Shown here: in pieces, positions 9,792 to 17,894 of the stretch
How the letters are laid out: the number at the start of each line of letters is the position of its first letter
How positions within the stretch are numbered: position 1 is the first letter of the stretch
Assembly: GCA_002452155.1 (NCBI GenBank)
Contig: DKEK01000003.1
Coordinates: 9,851-73,850 of the forward strand
Direction: 5' to 3'
Length of the DNA stretch: 64,000 bases
Origin: Candidatus Saccharibacteria bacterium UBA6824
Lineage (GTDB): Bacteria; Patescibacteriota; Saccharimonadia; Saccharimonadales; UBA10212
Made by a program: the position numbers and the translations under genes
Notes under the pieces: generated by a model
Databases searched by the model: none
What the model was told of the DNA's origin: nothing
What the model saw: the letters and a program-made list of their open reading frames with translations, nothing else

Positions 9792-10205
9792 TTAGCTTCC
9801 GCGAAGGCCATCATCGCGGGTATTCAGATGTACTAGATTGACAATGCCCCACGCTACTACGCAATAGACTATCATCGCCACTAGGGTGGCTGGTTCAAAT
9901 ATCCCCTTTGTAACATCTCCATTATTGGTAGCGGAGCTAAATATAGCCCTGAACGGAGCGCTAAGAATGCCACTGATATTATAAACAAAGTTTACGAAGC
10001 CGCTGGCAGGGTTTGCTCCAAGCAACTTAAGTAAAAGCCGGAATAATAGGAGAACCTCAATCACGCCTAATACAAAATAAATGCCGTTGGTGAGTGTTAA
10101 GCGAGTTTCGGCTGTCGAAGAAGTGGAAGTTCGCTCACGTACTACTTGTTTATTTCCCTCGTCAGCTACTTCAGTTTCATGTACCTTTTCTTGCGACTCT
10201 ACCAT
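9792..10205 (-). CDS. YggT-family membrane protein with acidic N-terminal extension
   Basis: The core LLLFRLLLKLLGANPASGFVNFVYNISGILSAPFRAIF plus a second TM (LVAMIVYCVVAWGIVNL) matches the two-TM YggT pattern. Confidence 0.55.
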   Translation of the reverse strand: MVESQEKVHETEVADEGNKQVVRERTSTSSTAETRLTLTNGIYFVLGVIEVLLLFRLLLKLLGANPASGFVNFVYNISGILSAPFRAIFSSATNNGDVTKGIFEPATLVAMIVYCVVAWGIVNLVHLNTRDDGLRGS

Positions 10206-10320
10206 GGCGTTTCTCCTTAATGACTTATAACTTAAGTATACTCCGTCGCGAGCTCCTGCGGGCGAGGTTGATATTAGTTGCGACGTGATTGCTTATTATT
10301 GTGTCTTTAGCACTCAACTC

Positions 10321-11838
10321 TTAGGAGTAGCCCGGAAAAAGGTCAGTTTTTATACGACTATTTTTTATATCTAAAGCTTTTAATATATCTATTGTAGTTT
10401 CTACCATGGCGGACGGACCAGAAATATAAAATAGGCGCTGTTGGTAATCTGGGATTTCTGTCTTAATCATCTTAGCGGTAATCGGGCCCGCCTTAGCCCA
10501 ATTTGGTATGGTTAGCTTCCGACCAGTAAGTACATAGACAACTTTGAGGCCCATTTTTTGGCTCGCCGACTTGAAGATATCTGTATAAGTTAGTTGGCGA
10601 GGCGTCTTTTCGGAATACAGCAAGGTTATGGTCCGCAACTCATTCTTATCAAGAAGGTATTTGATGATGCTGCGGTAGGGCGTTATGCCAATGCCGCCAG
10701 CGATAAAGACTAATTTTTGGCTACGGTCTTTTGGCAGGGTGAAGTCTCCCCCCAATTGCGAGGCGGCAATTGGTGTCTTGCTGTTCATGGCCAGCATAGC
10801 TTTTTTAAAGCTACTGCCATTTTCATAAAATTTTACGCCTAAGCGAATATTATCTTCGGTGGGTGAAGAAGCTAGAGTAAAGTAGCGTCTGTCGCCCCTG
10901 GAATCGGTGTTGCTGTGAGGCAATGTCCATTCCATATATTGTCCGGGCTCAAATGCCAATGGACGCGGCGCCGAAAAAATAAAGTCGACGATACCGGGAG
11001 CTAGAGAGACCCTCTGTACTAACTGCGGCAGTAATTTTATTTTTGGACTAATGACGTATGAAAAGACATTGCTAATTACCAAAACCAGTTCCGGTGTTGA
11101 ATAGATTGTGCCCAAATGGACTTGAGGCGGGAACAGCAGACCGGCTAACATGCCATACCACCTCTGCCTGTTAGTGATAGTTGGCGAAGTTTGTGGCTCG
11201 GTAAGCATGACAAAGGCCAGGAAAAAAAGTGAGGAATGTAAAATAGTCTGTCTCAGGCTTATCACAACAGACTTACCGCCGGTAAGACTATAGATAAAAG
11301 TAGCCGCGCTAGCGGCCAGCAGAAAGCTCCACGCCATTTGGGCTCGTTGGATCTTACGTACTAAAAATATCCCTCCAATTAGTACAAACGGCAGTAATTG
11401 CGCACTACCCACCCACCAGCTAGCCGACTGCCCAGCACCTATTGCCGTTAAAGCGACGGCCATGGCCGCTGGATTGAAAATATGTTTTTTACCAATCACC
11501 AAAATATATTTGGAAGCCATGGCCAAACCGCCAGCGGCAGTAAAAAAAATTATATTTGGCTCAGAAATTGTGGGCGTGATAATCAGCGCTAGTATTAAGC
11601 CTGTAATAAGAGATGATTCGGTATTGGCTGGAACGTTATAGACGTGCGAGAAAATTCTATTGGTGATCCAGCACACCAAGCTCAAATAGCTGGCACAAAA
11701 GATTATGGTCAAGGGGCCATAAGATAAATATCCTAAAGCACTCAGGCCAACAGCCGCGCCGAGCAAGAATAATAGATAGTATAAGACCAAGCGGTACATG
11801 GTTATTTTATCTAGCAAAGAATCAATGACTTTTATCAT
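10321..11838 (-). CDS. fusion protein: RnfD/NqrB-like membrane domain + FNR-like FAD/NAD(P)H oxidoreductase domain
   Basis: The N-domain aligns by eye to E. coli RsxD. ESSLITGLILALIITP...KHIFNPAAMAVALTAI matches NSALLTGLLLAVSIPP...QNPFNPAMIGYVVLLI, and FFLAFVMLTEPQTSPTITNRQRWYGMLAGLL matches [29 protein letters not shown]. The C-domain has the FNR motifs RRYFTLASSP (RxYS/T) and LVFIAGGIGITPYRSI. Confidence 0.8.
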   Translation of the reverse strand: MIKVIDSLLDKITMYRLVLYYLLFLLGAAVGLSALGYLSYGPLTIIFCASYLSLVCWITNRIFSHVYNVPANTESSLITGLILALIITPTISEPNIIFFTAAGGLAMASKYILVIGKKHIFNPAAMAVALTAIGAGQSASWWVGSAQLLPFVLIGGIFLVRKIQRAQMAWSFLLAASAATFIYSLTGGKSVVISLRQTILHSSLFFLAFVMLTEPQTSPTITNRQRWYGMLAGLLFPPQVHLGTIYSTPELVLVISNVFSYVISPKIKLLPQLVQRVSLAPGIVDFIFSAPRPLAFEPGQYMEWTLPHSNTDSRGDRRYFTLASSPTEDNIRLGVKFYENGSSFKKAMLAMNSKTPIAASQLGGDFTLPKDRSQKLVFIAGGIGITPYRSIIKYLLDKNELRTITLLYSEKTPRQLTYTDIFKSASQKMGLKVVYVLTGRKLTIPNWAKAGPITAKMIKTEIPDYQQRLFYISGPSAMVETTIDILKALDIKNSRIKTDLFPGYS

Positions 11839-12578
11839 GCCTTGACTACGTATTTTTCAAAGCCGCTGGTAAATACGGCTTGTTTTTTATCATCAATCAT
11901 ATAGGCTTCACAGCTAGCTAATGACTCAATGAATTCAATACCAGCTTTACCCATAGCAAAGGCAGCCGTAGCAAAACGATCAGCTTCATAAATATTAGGA
12001 CCAACGACGGTTAAGCTAGCAACCTCTTTAACCAAGCCGTCCGGCTTATGGGGATTATAAATATGCTGACCGCGAATATATGTCCCGGAAGTAGCCACCC
12101 CGCTAGTCGTTACCGCCACTATTTTGACTACTTCCGTTCGCTTAAACGGGTTGCGGATACCGACTCTCCATAGCTTTTTTTCGGCGTTTAGACCGTGCAC
12201 CTGAATATCGCCGCCGGCTTCGATATAAAAGTTTTGAAATCCGCGGGCAAGTAGTAGCTTGGCCGCATTATTTATAGCCCAGCCTTTAACAAGTCCCGAA
12301 GGATCGCGTTTGTTGTTATGAATAATATTAAAATAGCCACCGGTTTCTTGCTTAGTTTGCTCGCAGAGTCTTAAGATTGTCTTCATCTCAGGGCTCCATT
12401 TTGTAGTTTGCAAACCGTTATTAATTTTAGAAATTTCGCTATCTTTTTTATATGTACTGTACTTTCGATCCACTGAAGAAAAGTGGCTCCAGATGTCGGA
12501 AAAAACGTTGGTATTAGCCCCGGCGTCTAAAATTTCTACTGTAATGGGCATCCCCATAAGATGCTTGGTTTGTTTCAC
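11835..12578 (-). CDS. apbE: FAD:protein FMN transferase (ApbE family), short form without obvious signal peptide
   Basis: ApbE-type blocks are present: MGMPITVEI, YIEAGGDIQVHG, VATSGTYIRG, EADRFATAAFAMG. The 4-nt start/stop overlap with the downstream gene and a shared boundary with the upstream FMN-binding gene indicate an operon. Confidence 0.8.
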   Translation of the reverse strand: MKQTKHLMGMPITVEILDAGANTNVFSDIWSHFSSVDRKYSTYKKDSEISKINNGLQTTKWSPEMKTILRLCEQTKQETGGYFNIIHNNKRDPSGLVKGWAINNAAKLLLARGFQNFYIEAGGDIQVHGLNAEKKLWRVGIRNPFKRTEVVKIVAVTTSGVATSGTYIRGQHIYNPHKPDGLVKEVASLTVVGPNIYEADRFATAAFAMGKAGIEFIESLASCEAYMIDDKKQAVFTSGFEKYVVKA

Positions 12579-13048
12579 TAAGACTGAGCCTGAGACAGCG
12601 CGGATGCCATTGATTGTATGAAGGCCTGGCTAGTATCGGTGGCGCCAGAAACAATATTGACCTGGGCACTTTGGGCTTGGACGGCTTCCTGCTTTAAATA
12701 AGGCATGGCTTGTTTGTTAATGGCAATAGAGGTGGAGCGATCGTTTGGATATCGCAAAAACTGAACATCGGTAATTTTTCCACCGTTAATAATAGCCTTC
12801 ACCTGGATATAGCCATAAAAGGCGTCGGCCGCATTGCCAGTATATTGGCCATCTTTGAGTCCCCCCATAGCTGTAGACTGCGCGGTTGGGCTTGAACTAC
12901 TGCCAGAATTACTGTTTGGGGCGGAGTTGGTGGTGTTCTGAGTCAGAGACGAGGGCGGTAGCACAGCGCCAGAATCTCCATGCCGCTGATGAAAGCTATA
13001 AAGTGCGAATGCAATAAATACTGACCCAGTTAGCAAGAATTTTTTCAA
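12578..13048 (-). CDS. extracytoplasmic FMN-binding domain protein (flavinylation substrate)
   Basis: N-terminal signal/anchor MKKFLLTGSVFIAFALYSF and an S/T/N-rich linker. The FMN_bind-type domain ends in the flavinylation motif VNIVSGATDTSQAF ([S/T]GA[T/S]). Confidence 0.8.
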   Translation of the reverse strand: MKKFLLTGSVFIAFALYSFHQRHGDSGAVLPPSSLTQNTTNSAPNSNSGSSSSPTAQSTAMGGLKDGQYTGNAADAFYGYIQVKAIINGGKITDVQFLRYPNDRSTSIAINKQAMPYLKQEAVQAQSAQVNIVSGATDTSQAFIQSMASALSQAQS

Positions 13049-13140
13049 AAAATGACTCCGAGCTTAATGTTACAACAATTTATATTACTAGGGTTAAGCT
13101 GAGAAAATACTGGGAGTGTGCGCAGCTACCCTATTTTGTA

Positions 13141-13158
13141 TGGCTCCGGAGGCCGGAC
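13141..13158. repeat. perfect 18-nt direct repeat of the tRNA-Asn 3' end (TGGCTCCGGAGGCCGGAC; second copy 13314-13331)
   Basis: Read directly: 13141-13158 is identical to 13314-13331. Flanks differ on both sides of each copy. Confidence 0.9.
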
Positions 13159-13269
13159 AGCGGACTTCGTCCTTCTCCCTCGCTGCTCGGTAAAATAATG
13201 TAAACACAATTTTACCTCCGCGACTGCGTGCGCCGAACCGCAAGTTTGCGGTTCTCGCCCGGCCTAATG

Positions 13270-13313
13270 AAAAACGGGTTTGTGTACCATCTTGAAGATG
13301 ATTCACAAACCCG
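13270..13313 (-). terminator. rho-independent terminator directly after tRNA-Asn
   Basis: On the minus strand, CGGGTTTGTG...(inner CATCTTcAAGATG palindrome)...CACAAACCCG is followed by TTTTT. Confidence 0.7.
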
Positions 13314-13388
13314 TGGCTCCGGAGGCCGGACTCGAACCGGCAACAATCGCCTTAACAGGGCGGTGCTCTACCATTGAGCTACTCCGGA
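13314..13388 (-). tRNA. tRNA-Asn (anticodon GTT), CCA encoded
   Basis: The minus-strand read is TCCGGAG TA GCTC AATGGTA GAGC A CCGCC CTGTTAA GGCGA TTGTT GCCGG TTCGAGT CCGGC CTCCGGA G CCA. This folds as a 75-nt cloverleaf with one C-A mismatch at 27:43. Confidence 0.9.
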
Positions 13389-13637
13389 ATAAACCTTGAA
13401 GGACAACCTGCGGTTTTCCTTCAACGACACTTTCGGAATGAATCCGAATTCGCCTAATCGGCGAACTGTGTCTACTACCTTTCCCTTAAAGAGTAAAATC
13501 TCTTCAGGAACAGATTGATTATAGGTTACAGCCAAACGGTGCGTCAACGGAACAGGCTGGATTGGTTGTGATTTGTATTACATACCGCTTTTAATTACTG
13601 TTATATAATAGACTCGGTAAGTAAGGGAGGGGACTAA

Positions 13638-13910
13638 ATGATTTTACTCGACAACCAGCCTAGGCTCTCCGACATCCAGGCTTTAATTGCCCGGGTGCCA
13701 CAGTTCCCATATTCGGTAAAACAGTTGATCAAATTGGCCCGCGAAGAACATTTTCCTGAAGAAGTAGTCAGTTTTTACAAAGCTTTTCCGCCAGACGAGG
13801 TCTTTGAGGACCCGGAAGATCTAGCCACCCGGACCGAGCAGATAGAAATCATGACGCATGAAGAGTTGGGGCAGCCTAAAGAGATCTGGAACGCCCCCGA
13901 AGAAGACTAG
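13638..13910 (+). CDS. DUF2795-like small protein
   Basis: FPYSVKQLIKLAREEHFPEEVVSFYKAFPPDEVFEDPEDL resembles the DUF2795 pattern (YPasK.eLi..A...gap.eV...l..lp...y.sp.dv). A GGAGG RBS lies at 13626-13630. Confidence 0.5.
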   Translation: MILLDNQPRLSDIQALIARVPQFPYSVKQLIKLAREEHFPEEVVSFYKAFPPDEVFEDPEDLATRTEQIEIMTHEELGQPKEIWNAPEED

Positions 13911-15340
13911 CTAGGCCAGAGGTGGACCTTGGTGGGCGGCCAGCCGGCAGCGCTAAAGTCGCCGGTTTTTTTAGCTTGGGAGTATTTGCCCCGGTAATTA
14001 CCGGCGGCAATTTGGCTAAGCGCCGCTACAAATTTATCGACTTCTCCTCTGGTGTTATACATGCCAAAACTGGCCCGTACCAGTCCCGGTATGCGGCGTT
14101 TGTCGCCCTGCCTTATTTCGTGGCCAAGTTCATGCATCTCGCGCTTGCTGACCTTGAGCAGGCGCGCTACATAAGGGTGGGCGCAAAAACATCCGCTACG
14201 CACGCCGATGCCGAACTCGGCGCCTAAGATGGCGGCCACCAGCGAGTGGCTAAGTCCCTCAACATTAAACGGGATAACACCCAGCCGGCTGGCCGTATTA
14301 GCCGGATTTGTATCGCCCAGAATTTGGACTCCGGTGATTTTTGCCATTTTAGCAAGTGCATACCTGGTTAGTTCGGCTTCGTGGTCGGCAATTTTAACCA
14401 TTCCGATGGTGCTTAGGGCTCGCAAAGCAGCCGCAAAGGCTACGGCACCCACTACGTTTGGCGAGCCGGCTTCGTCGCGGTCCGGGCAATCAGCCCAATC
14501 GATACGTTCGGTAGTCACCAGGTCAATCGTACCGCCGCCGCTATATTCCGGCTCACCCCGGCCAAAGGTATCCCGGCGGCCGATAATGGCGCCTGTACCG
14601 AAAGGCGCATACATCTTATGGGCCGAGACGACGATGTAGTCAAGGTGCTCGGGATCATCAAGCGACTTAACATTAATCCGGCGGTGCGGCGCCACCTGGG
14701 CGGCGTCGATTAGTATCTGGGCACCGGCGGCATGGACTTTGCGGGCAATCCTATGCACATCGGGCATTTGGCCGGTAACGTTGCTGGCACCGGTCAGAGT
14801 TACTAGTTTCACCCGTTTTTTATATTTTGCCAGCAACTCGTCCAAGTGGTCCTCGTCAAAGCGGCCCAAATCGTCCACTCCTATACGCTCGACCCGCGCC
14901 CGCTTGCGCCACGGCAAATCGTTACTGTGATGTTCCATTAGCGAAACCAGCACGATGTCGGTCTTTTTGAGCGGAATACGGTATGATAATTTATTCAAGG
15001 CCTCGGTGGAATTTTTGCCGAAAATCACCACGTGATCGTGGCTATTGCCGCCAAAAAAGTCGCGCACAATTTGCCGAGCCTGCTCGTAAGCCTCGGTTGA
15101 GACAACGCTCTTAAAGCCACTGCCGCGGTGGATCGACGAATACCAGGGCATAAAATCATTTACTGTCTGCAGCACTTCGGCTAGCACCGGGGTGCTGGCG
15201 GCGTTATCAAAATTTACATACTGGGTTAAATTGCCGTTTAAAAGAGGTACTTGGGTATCAATACCGACAACTTGGTCGCGGATGTTTAACTTAGCGGCGG
15301 TGGAGCTAGGATTTTTTAGTTTTTTCGTCAGAAGCGTCAT
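13907..15340 (-). CDS. class-V aminotransferase-fold PLP enzyme (cysteine desulfurase-like)
   Basis: PLP-lysine block VVSAHKMYAPFGTGAIIG and a conserved Cys region GVRSGCFCAHPY. Length is 477 aa. Confidence 0.75.
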   Translation of the reverse strand: MTLLTKKLKNPSSTAAKLNIRDQVVGIDTQVPLLNGNLTQYVNFDNAASTPVLAEVLQTVNDFMPWYSSIHRGSGFKSVVSTEAYEQARQIVRDFFGGNSHDHVVIFGKNSTEALNKLSYRIPLKKTDIVLVSLMEHHSNDLPWRKRARVERIGVDDLGRFDEDHLDELLAKYKKRVKLVTLTGASNVTGQMPDVHRIARKVHAAGAQILIDAAQVAPHRRINVKSLDDPEHLDYIVVSAHKMYAPFGTGAIIGRRDTFGRGEPEYSGGGTIDLVTTERIDWADCPDRDEAGSPNVVGAVAFAAALRALSTIGMVKIADHEAELTRYALAKMAKITGVQILGDTNPANTASRLGVIPFNVEGLSHSLVAAILGAEFGIGVRSGCFCAHPYVARLLKVSKREMHELGHEIRQGDKRRIPGLVRASFGMYNTRGEVDKFVAALSQIAAGNYRGKYSQAKKTGDFSAAGWPPTKVHLWPS

Positions 15341-15370
15341 AATAATCTGCTTTGATTATAACCCTTACTC

Positions 15371-15535
15371 TCAAGTATGCGACTCTATCTCTTTAGATTT
15401 GGGACTATGGTTATTAGCCGGCAATAATTTCTTAGCTAATCGGTAACCAGCCCAGCCTGCCAGAATTCCCAAAATTAGGCCGCCGACTTCTGGTGGCAAA
15501 GTCAATTTGACCCAATACGTATCTAATTCACTCGA
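15371..15535 (-). pseudogene. displaced 3'-terminal remnant of a PAP2 phosphatase gene
   Basis: My minus-strand translation is SSELDTYWVKLTLPPEVGGLILGILAGWAGYRLAKKLLPANNHSPKSKEIESHT*. The segment GLILGILAGWAGYRLAKKL matches 15 of 19 residues of GLILGAIAGWIGYYLAKKL at the C-terminus of the intact PAP2 gene (17847-18344). An in-frame stop lies immediately upstream, and there is no start codon or catalytic motif. Confidence 0.55.
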
Positions 15536-15779
15536 TTACGACTATTCCTGCATCTAGGACATTGGATTTCAGATACAAATCATTTACTTGCAAAACTGCC
15601 CCCAAAGTAGTATAAGAAGATTGACTGCTGTTGCATAACACGCGACTAGTTGCACATTCTACAACCTACCAAGGAGGTACTAGAGCTTAGAATTACTCCG
15701 TTTCTGTGGCTTGGCGTAAAGCCACACACGTCGTTCTGCGGCAGAAGCTTCCTATAGTTATTCGAAGGAGAAGAAGCTG

Positions 15780-17003
15780 ATGCCAAGCAAGACATCCAAG
15801 AAGCAAGGCTGGATGGTCGTAATCCTGACTGCGCTCATCGCGAGCACGGTCATGGGGCTGGCGACCGCCAGCCCGGCCGGAGCAAGGATTTCTGGCGGGG
15901 TGAATCCTCAGCCCTCCTGTCCCATCGACCCGGACAGCAGCCAGTGCTACGTGGCACGGGTCTCGATCTGGCTCGAGCCGAGCTCGATACTGACCGGCCA
16001 GCAGACCACGCTGAAGTGGAGCAGCAGCTACACCCAAAGCTGCGCCATCAACGGCGGGGACTTTGGACTCAACGGCTCCATGCTGTTGGGGCCATTCAAC
16101 AGCGCCGGCTCCTACAGCTGGAATATCGCCTGCGTGGGAGCGGGGACCGGCAACAACCCAACGGGGACGGCAACGCTGACTGTGACCGATCAGGCGCCGC
16201 CGCCTCCACCTCCGCCACCGCCAAGTGGCGACACCGCGTCGCCGACCACACCCACCAGCTTGCGGGCTACGGGGGTGACTAGCTCGTCGGTATCGCTAGC
16301 CTGGAACGCTTCGACTGACAACGTCGGCGTGACTGGCTACCAGGTGTTTCGGAACGGCGCACATATCGCCACCGTGACGGGCACCAGCTACGTAAACAGC
16401 GGTCTGACGGCTTCCACTAGCTACGGCTACACCGTCAGGGCACGAGATGCGGCTGGCAATGTCTCGGGCATGTCGACAACGCTCAGCGTGACGACAACTG
16501 ATACCTACGACTCGGCCTACTACTACGGCACACAAGAGGAGGAGAGCTTCCTCAGCCAGTTCTGCGGGCTGAGTAACAATGGTCCGCTGGCTGTCTGCTC
16601 AACCGGGGGCACGAACGCCCGGTGTTACAGGGTCGGAGTCAGCGTTTGGAAGCGGAACGCCATCACGATGATCTGGCGCTACACGCATGCGTTGAAGTTC
16701 TGCGCCAACGGCAGCATCGTGACGAGCGTTTGGGATCGGACGACCTACGGCGAGATTCTGATCCCCGCGGCGGTTCGCCCCATATACCCCTGGACGTGGT
16801 CCACGATCGCCGACTCGCCTCCTACGCCAGGGAAAACCACGACGATTAGCTACGTCAAGGGGAGATTCAGCGTCTCGATGTTGAAGTTCTTCCCGCTGAC
16901 GATCACCAACGAGCCCTGGATCGGTTTTCAGATCCAAGGGAACGGCCAGGCGTACTGCCAAACGTCCGTCGGTCGTGTCAGGAACTGCGAGGTACCGCGA
17001 TGA
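15780..17003 (+). CDS. secreted multidomain protein: signal peptide, Ig-like domain, poly-Pro linker, fibronectin type III domain, Cys-containing C-domain; encoded in a high-GC islet
   Basis: RBS GAAGGAG lies 8 nt upstream. Signal peptide is WMVVILTALIASTVMGLATASPAGA, followed by a PPPPPPPPP linker. FN3 block: PTSLRATGVTSSSVSLAWNASTDNVGVTGYQVFRNGAHIATVTGTSYVNSGLTASTSYGYTVRARDAAGNVS. Codon third positions are strongly G/C biased. Confidence 0.8.
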   Translation: MPSKTSKKQGWMVVILTALIASTVMGLATASPAGARISGGVNPQPSCPIDPDSSQCYVARVSIWLEPSSILTGQQTTLKWSSSYTQSCAINGGDFGLNGSMLLGPFNSAGSYSWNIACVGAGTGNNPTGTATLTVTDQAPPPPPPPPPSGDTASPTTPTSLRATGVTSSSVSLAWNASTDNVGVTGYQVFRNGAHIATVTGTSYVNSGLTASTSYGYTVRARDAAGNVSGMSTTLSVTTTDTYDSAYYYGTQEEESFLSQFCGLSNNGPLAVCSTGGTNARCYRVGVSVWKRNAITMIWRYTHALKFCANGSIVTSVWDRTTYGEILIPAAVRPIYPWTWSTIADSPPTPGKTTTISYVKGRFSVSMLKFFPLTITNEPWIGFQIQGNGQAYCQTSVGRVRNCEVPR

Positions 17004-17128
17004 GCAAGAAGAAGATCTTGCTTGGGGTGCTGGTGGTACTGGCGCTCCTATACATCGGCCTTGTCGCCTTCGGAGCTGGCTCTGAAGACGCTGGGCCATC
17101 CGTCCTCCCGGCTCTTCTAATCGGCTAA
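17000..17128 (+). CDS. small single-TM peptide (42 aa), translationally coupled (ATGA overlap) to the FN3 gene
   Basis: My translation is MSKKKILLGVLVVLALLYIGLVAFGAGSEDAGPSVLPALLIG*. It shares the high-GC codon style of the upstream gene and is below the ORF-track length cutoff. Confidence 0.45.
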   Translation: MSKKKILLGVLVVLALLYIGLVAFGAGSEDAGPSVLPALLIG

Positions 17129-17220
17129 AGGGTCTTAGCCGGTAAGAGGGACTACCTTCTACCCTTGGTGGCTTCGGCTACCGAGATTTGCTGCGACCAG
17201 TCACGCGCGATAGCAGTCAC

Positions 17221-17247
17221 GGGGGCCTCGAACAGAGGCCCCCTTTA
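17221..17247 (+). terminator. rho-independent terminator closing the high-GC islet
   Basis: GGGGGCCTC GAACA GAGGCCCCC followed by TTTAAATT. Confidence 0.65.
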
Positions 17248-17489
17248 AATTGACCGGCCGGATTTATTCATGAAATTGAAACTAATAGCCAAAAACTCAG
17301 AGGTCCCCAACGTTACCTCTTTTATTTGGCCGCGGACGCCCGGGTCACTGGTGGTTGGGTCAGTTTTTTTAAATTTTTCAGTTAAAAACGGCATAACAAT
17401 CTGTTTAAATTATACCCCTCCCGAGCAAGCGCTTGTAATTTTAAGTGACTAGGCGTTAGATAAAAGTATTAATTAGGCGGAGACATTAT

Positions 17490-17894
17490 ATGCCAAATGT
17501 GGATGTTCACTGGCTGGCCGTTATCGTAGCGGCAGTCGTTAATATGGTCGTTGGGTCGGTTTGGTACTCGAAAAATTTGTTCGGCAAAGAATGGTCTAAA
17601 TTAACAGGGCGCAAGATGGAAGATATGGGCGGTGGTGGTATGGGTTATGGCGTCGCAGCCGTTGGGGCGCTGGTGCAAGCATGGGTTTTAGCCCATTTCG
17701 TAGCTTATGCCGGTTCGGACACCTTCTGGAAAGGTTTAGTCACGGCTTTTTGGCTATGGCTGGGCTTTGTGGCCGTCGTAACAGCAGTGCACCTAGTGTT
17801 TGAGGGCCGTTCTTGGATGCTCTGGAAGATCAACGCCGGTTATTTCTTAGTTGTTATGCTGATCAACGGCGGTCTTCTGGCCGCCTGGCACTAA
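17490..17894 (+). CDS. DUF1761-family membrane protein
   Basis: The N-terminus VHWLAVIVAAVVNMVVGSVWYSKNLFGKEWSKLTG matches the DUF1761 pattern. Four TM segments; RBS GGCGGAG upstream. Confidence 0.6.
   Translation: MPNVDVHWLAVIVAAVVNMVVGSVWYSKNLFGKEWSKLTGRKMEDMGGGGMGYGVAAVGALVQAWVLAHFVAYAGSDTFWKGLVTAFWLWLGFVAVVTAVHLVFEGRSWMLWKINAGYFLVVMLINGGLLAAWH

Noticed and set aside
13094-13306. 70-aa minus-strand ORF between the FMN-binding gene and tRNA-Asn.
   Set aside because: It spans the tRNA terminator hairpin and the duplicated tRNA 3' end, and its translation is Arg/Gly-rich nonsense. I also tested whether 13141-13270 could be a second tRNA or a tmRNA/SRP RNA. No cloverleaf, T-loop (TTCGA) or conserved SRP/tmRNA motif is present.
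15693-17099. Long ORFs within the high-GC islet that compete with the FN3 gene: antisense ORFs 15693-16037 and 16599-17099, the alternative-frame plus-strand ORF 15944-16282, and others.
   Set aside because: These are typical shadow ORFs of GC3-rich DNA. Their translations are Arg/Ala/Pro/Gly low-complexity sequences without start context. The plus-strand FN3 gene has an RBS, a signal peptide and recognisable domains.
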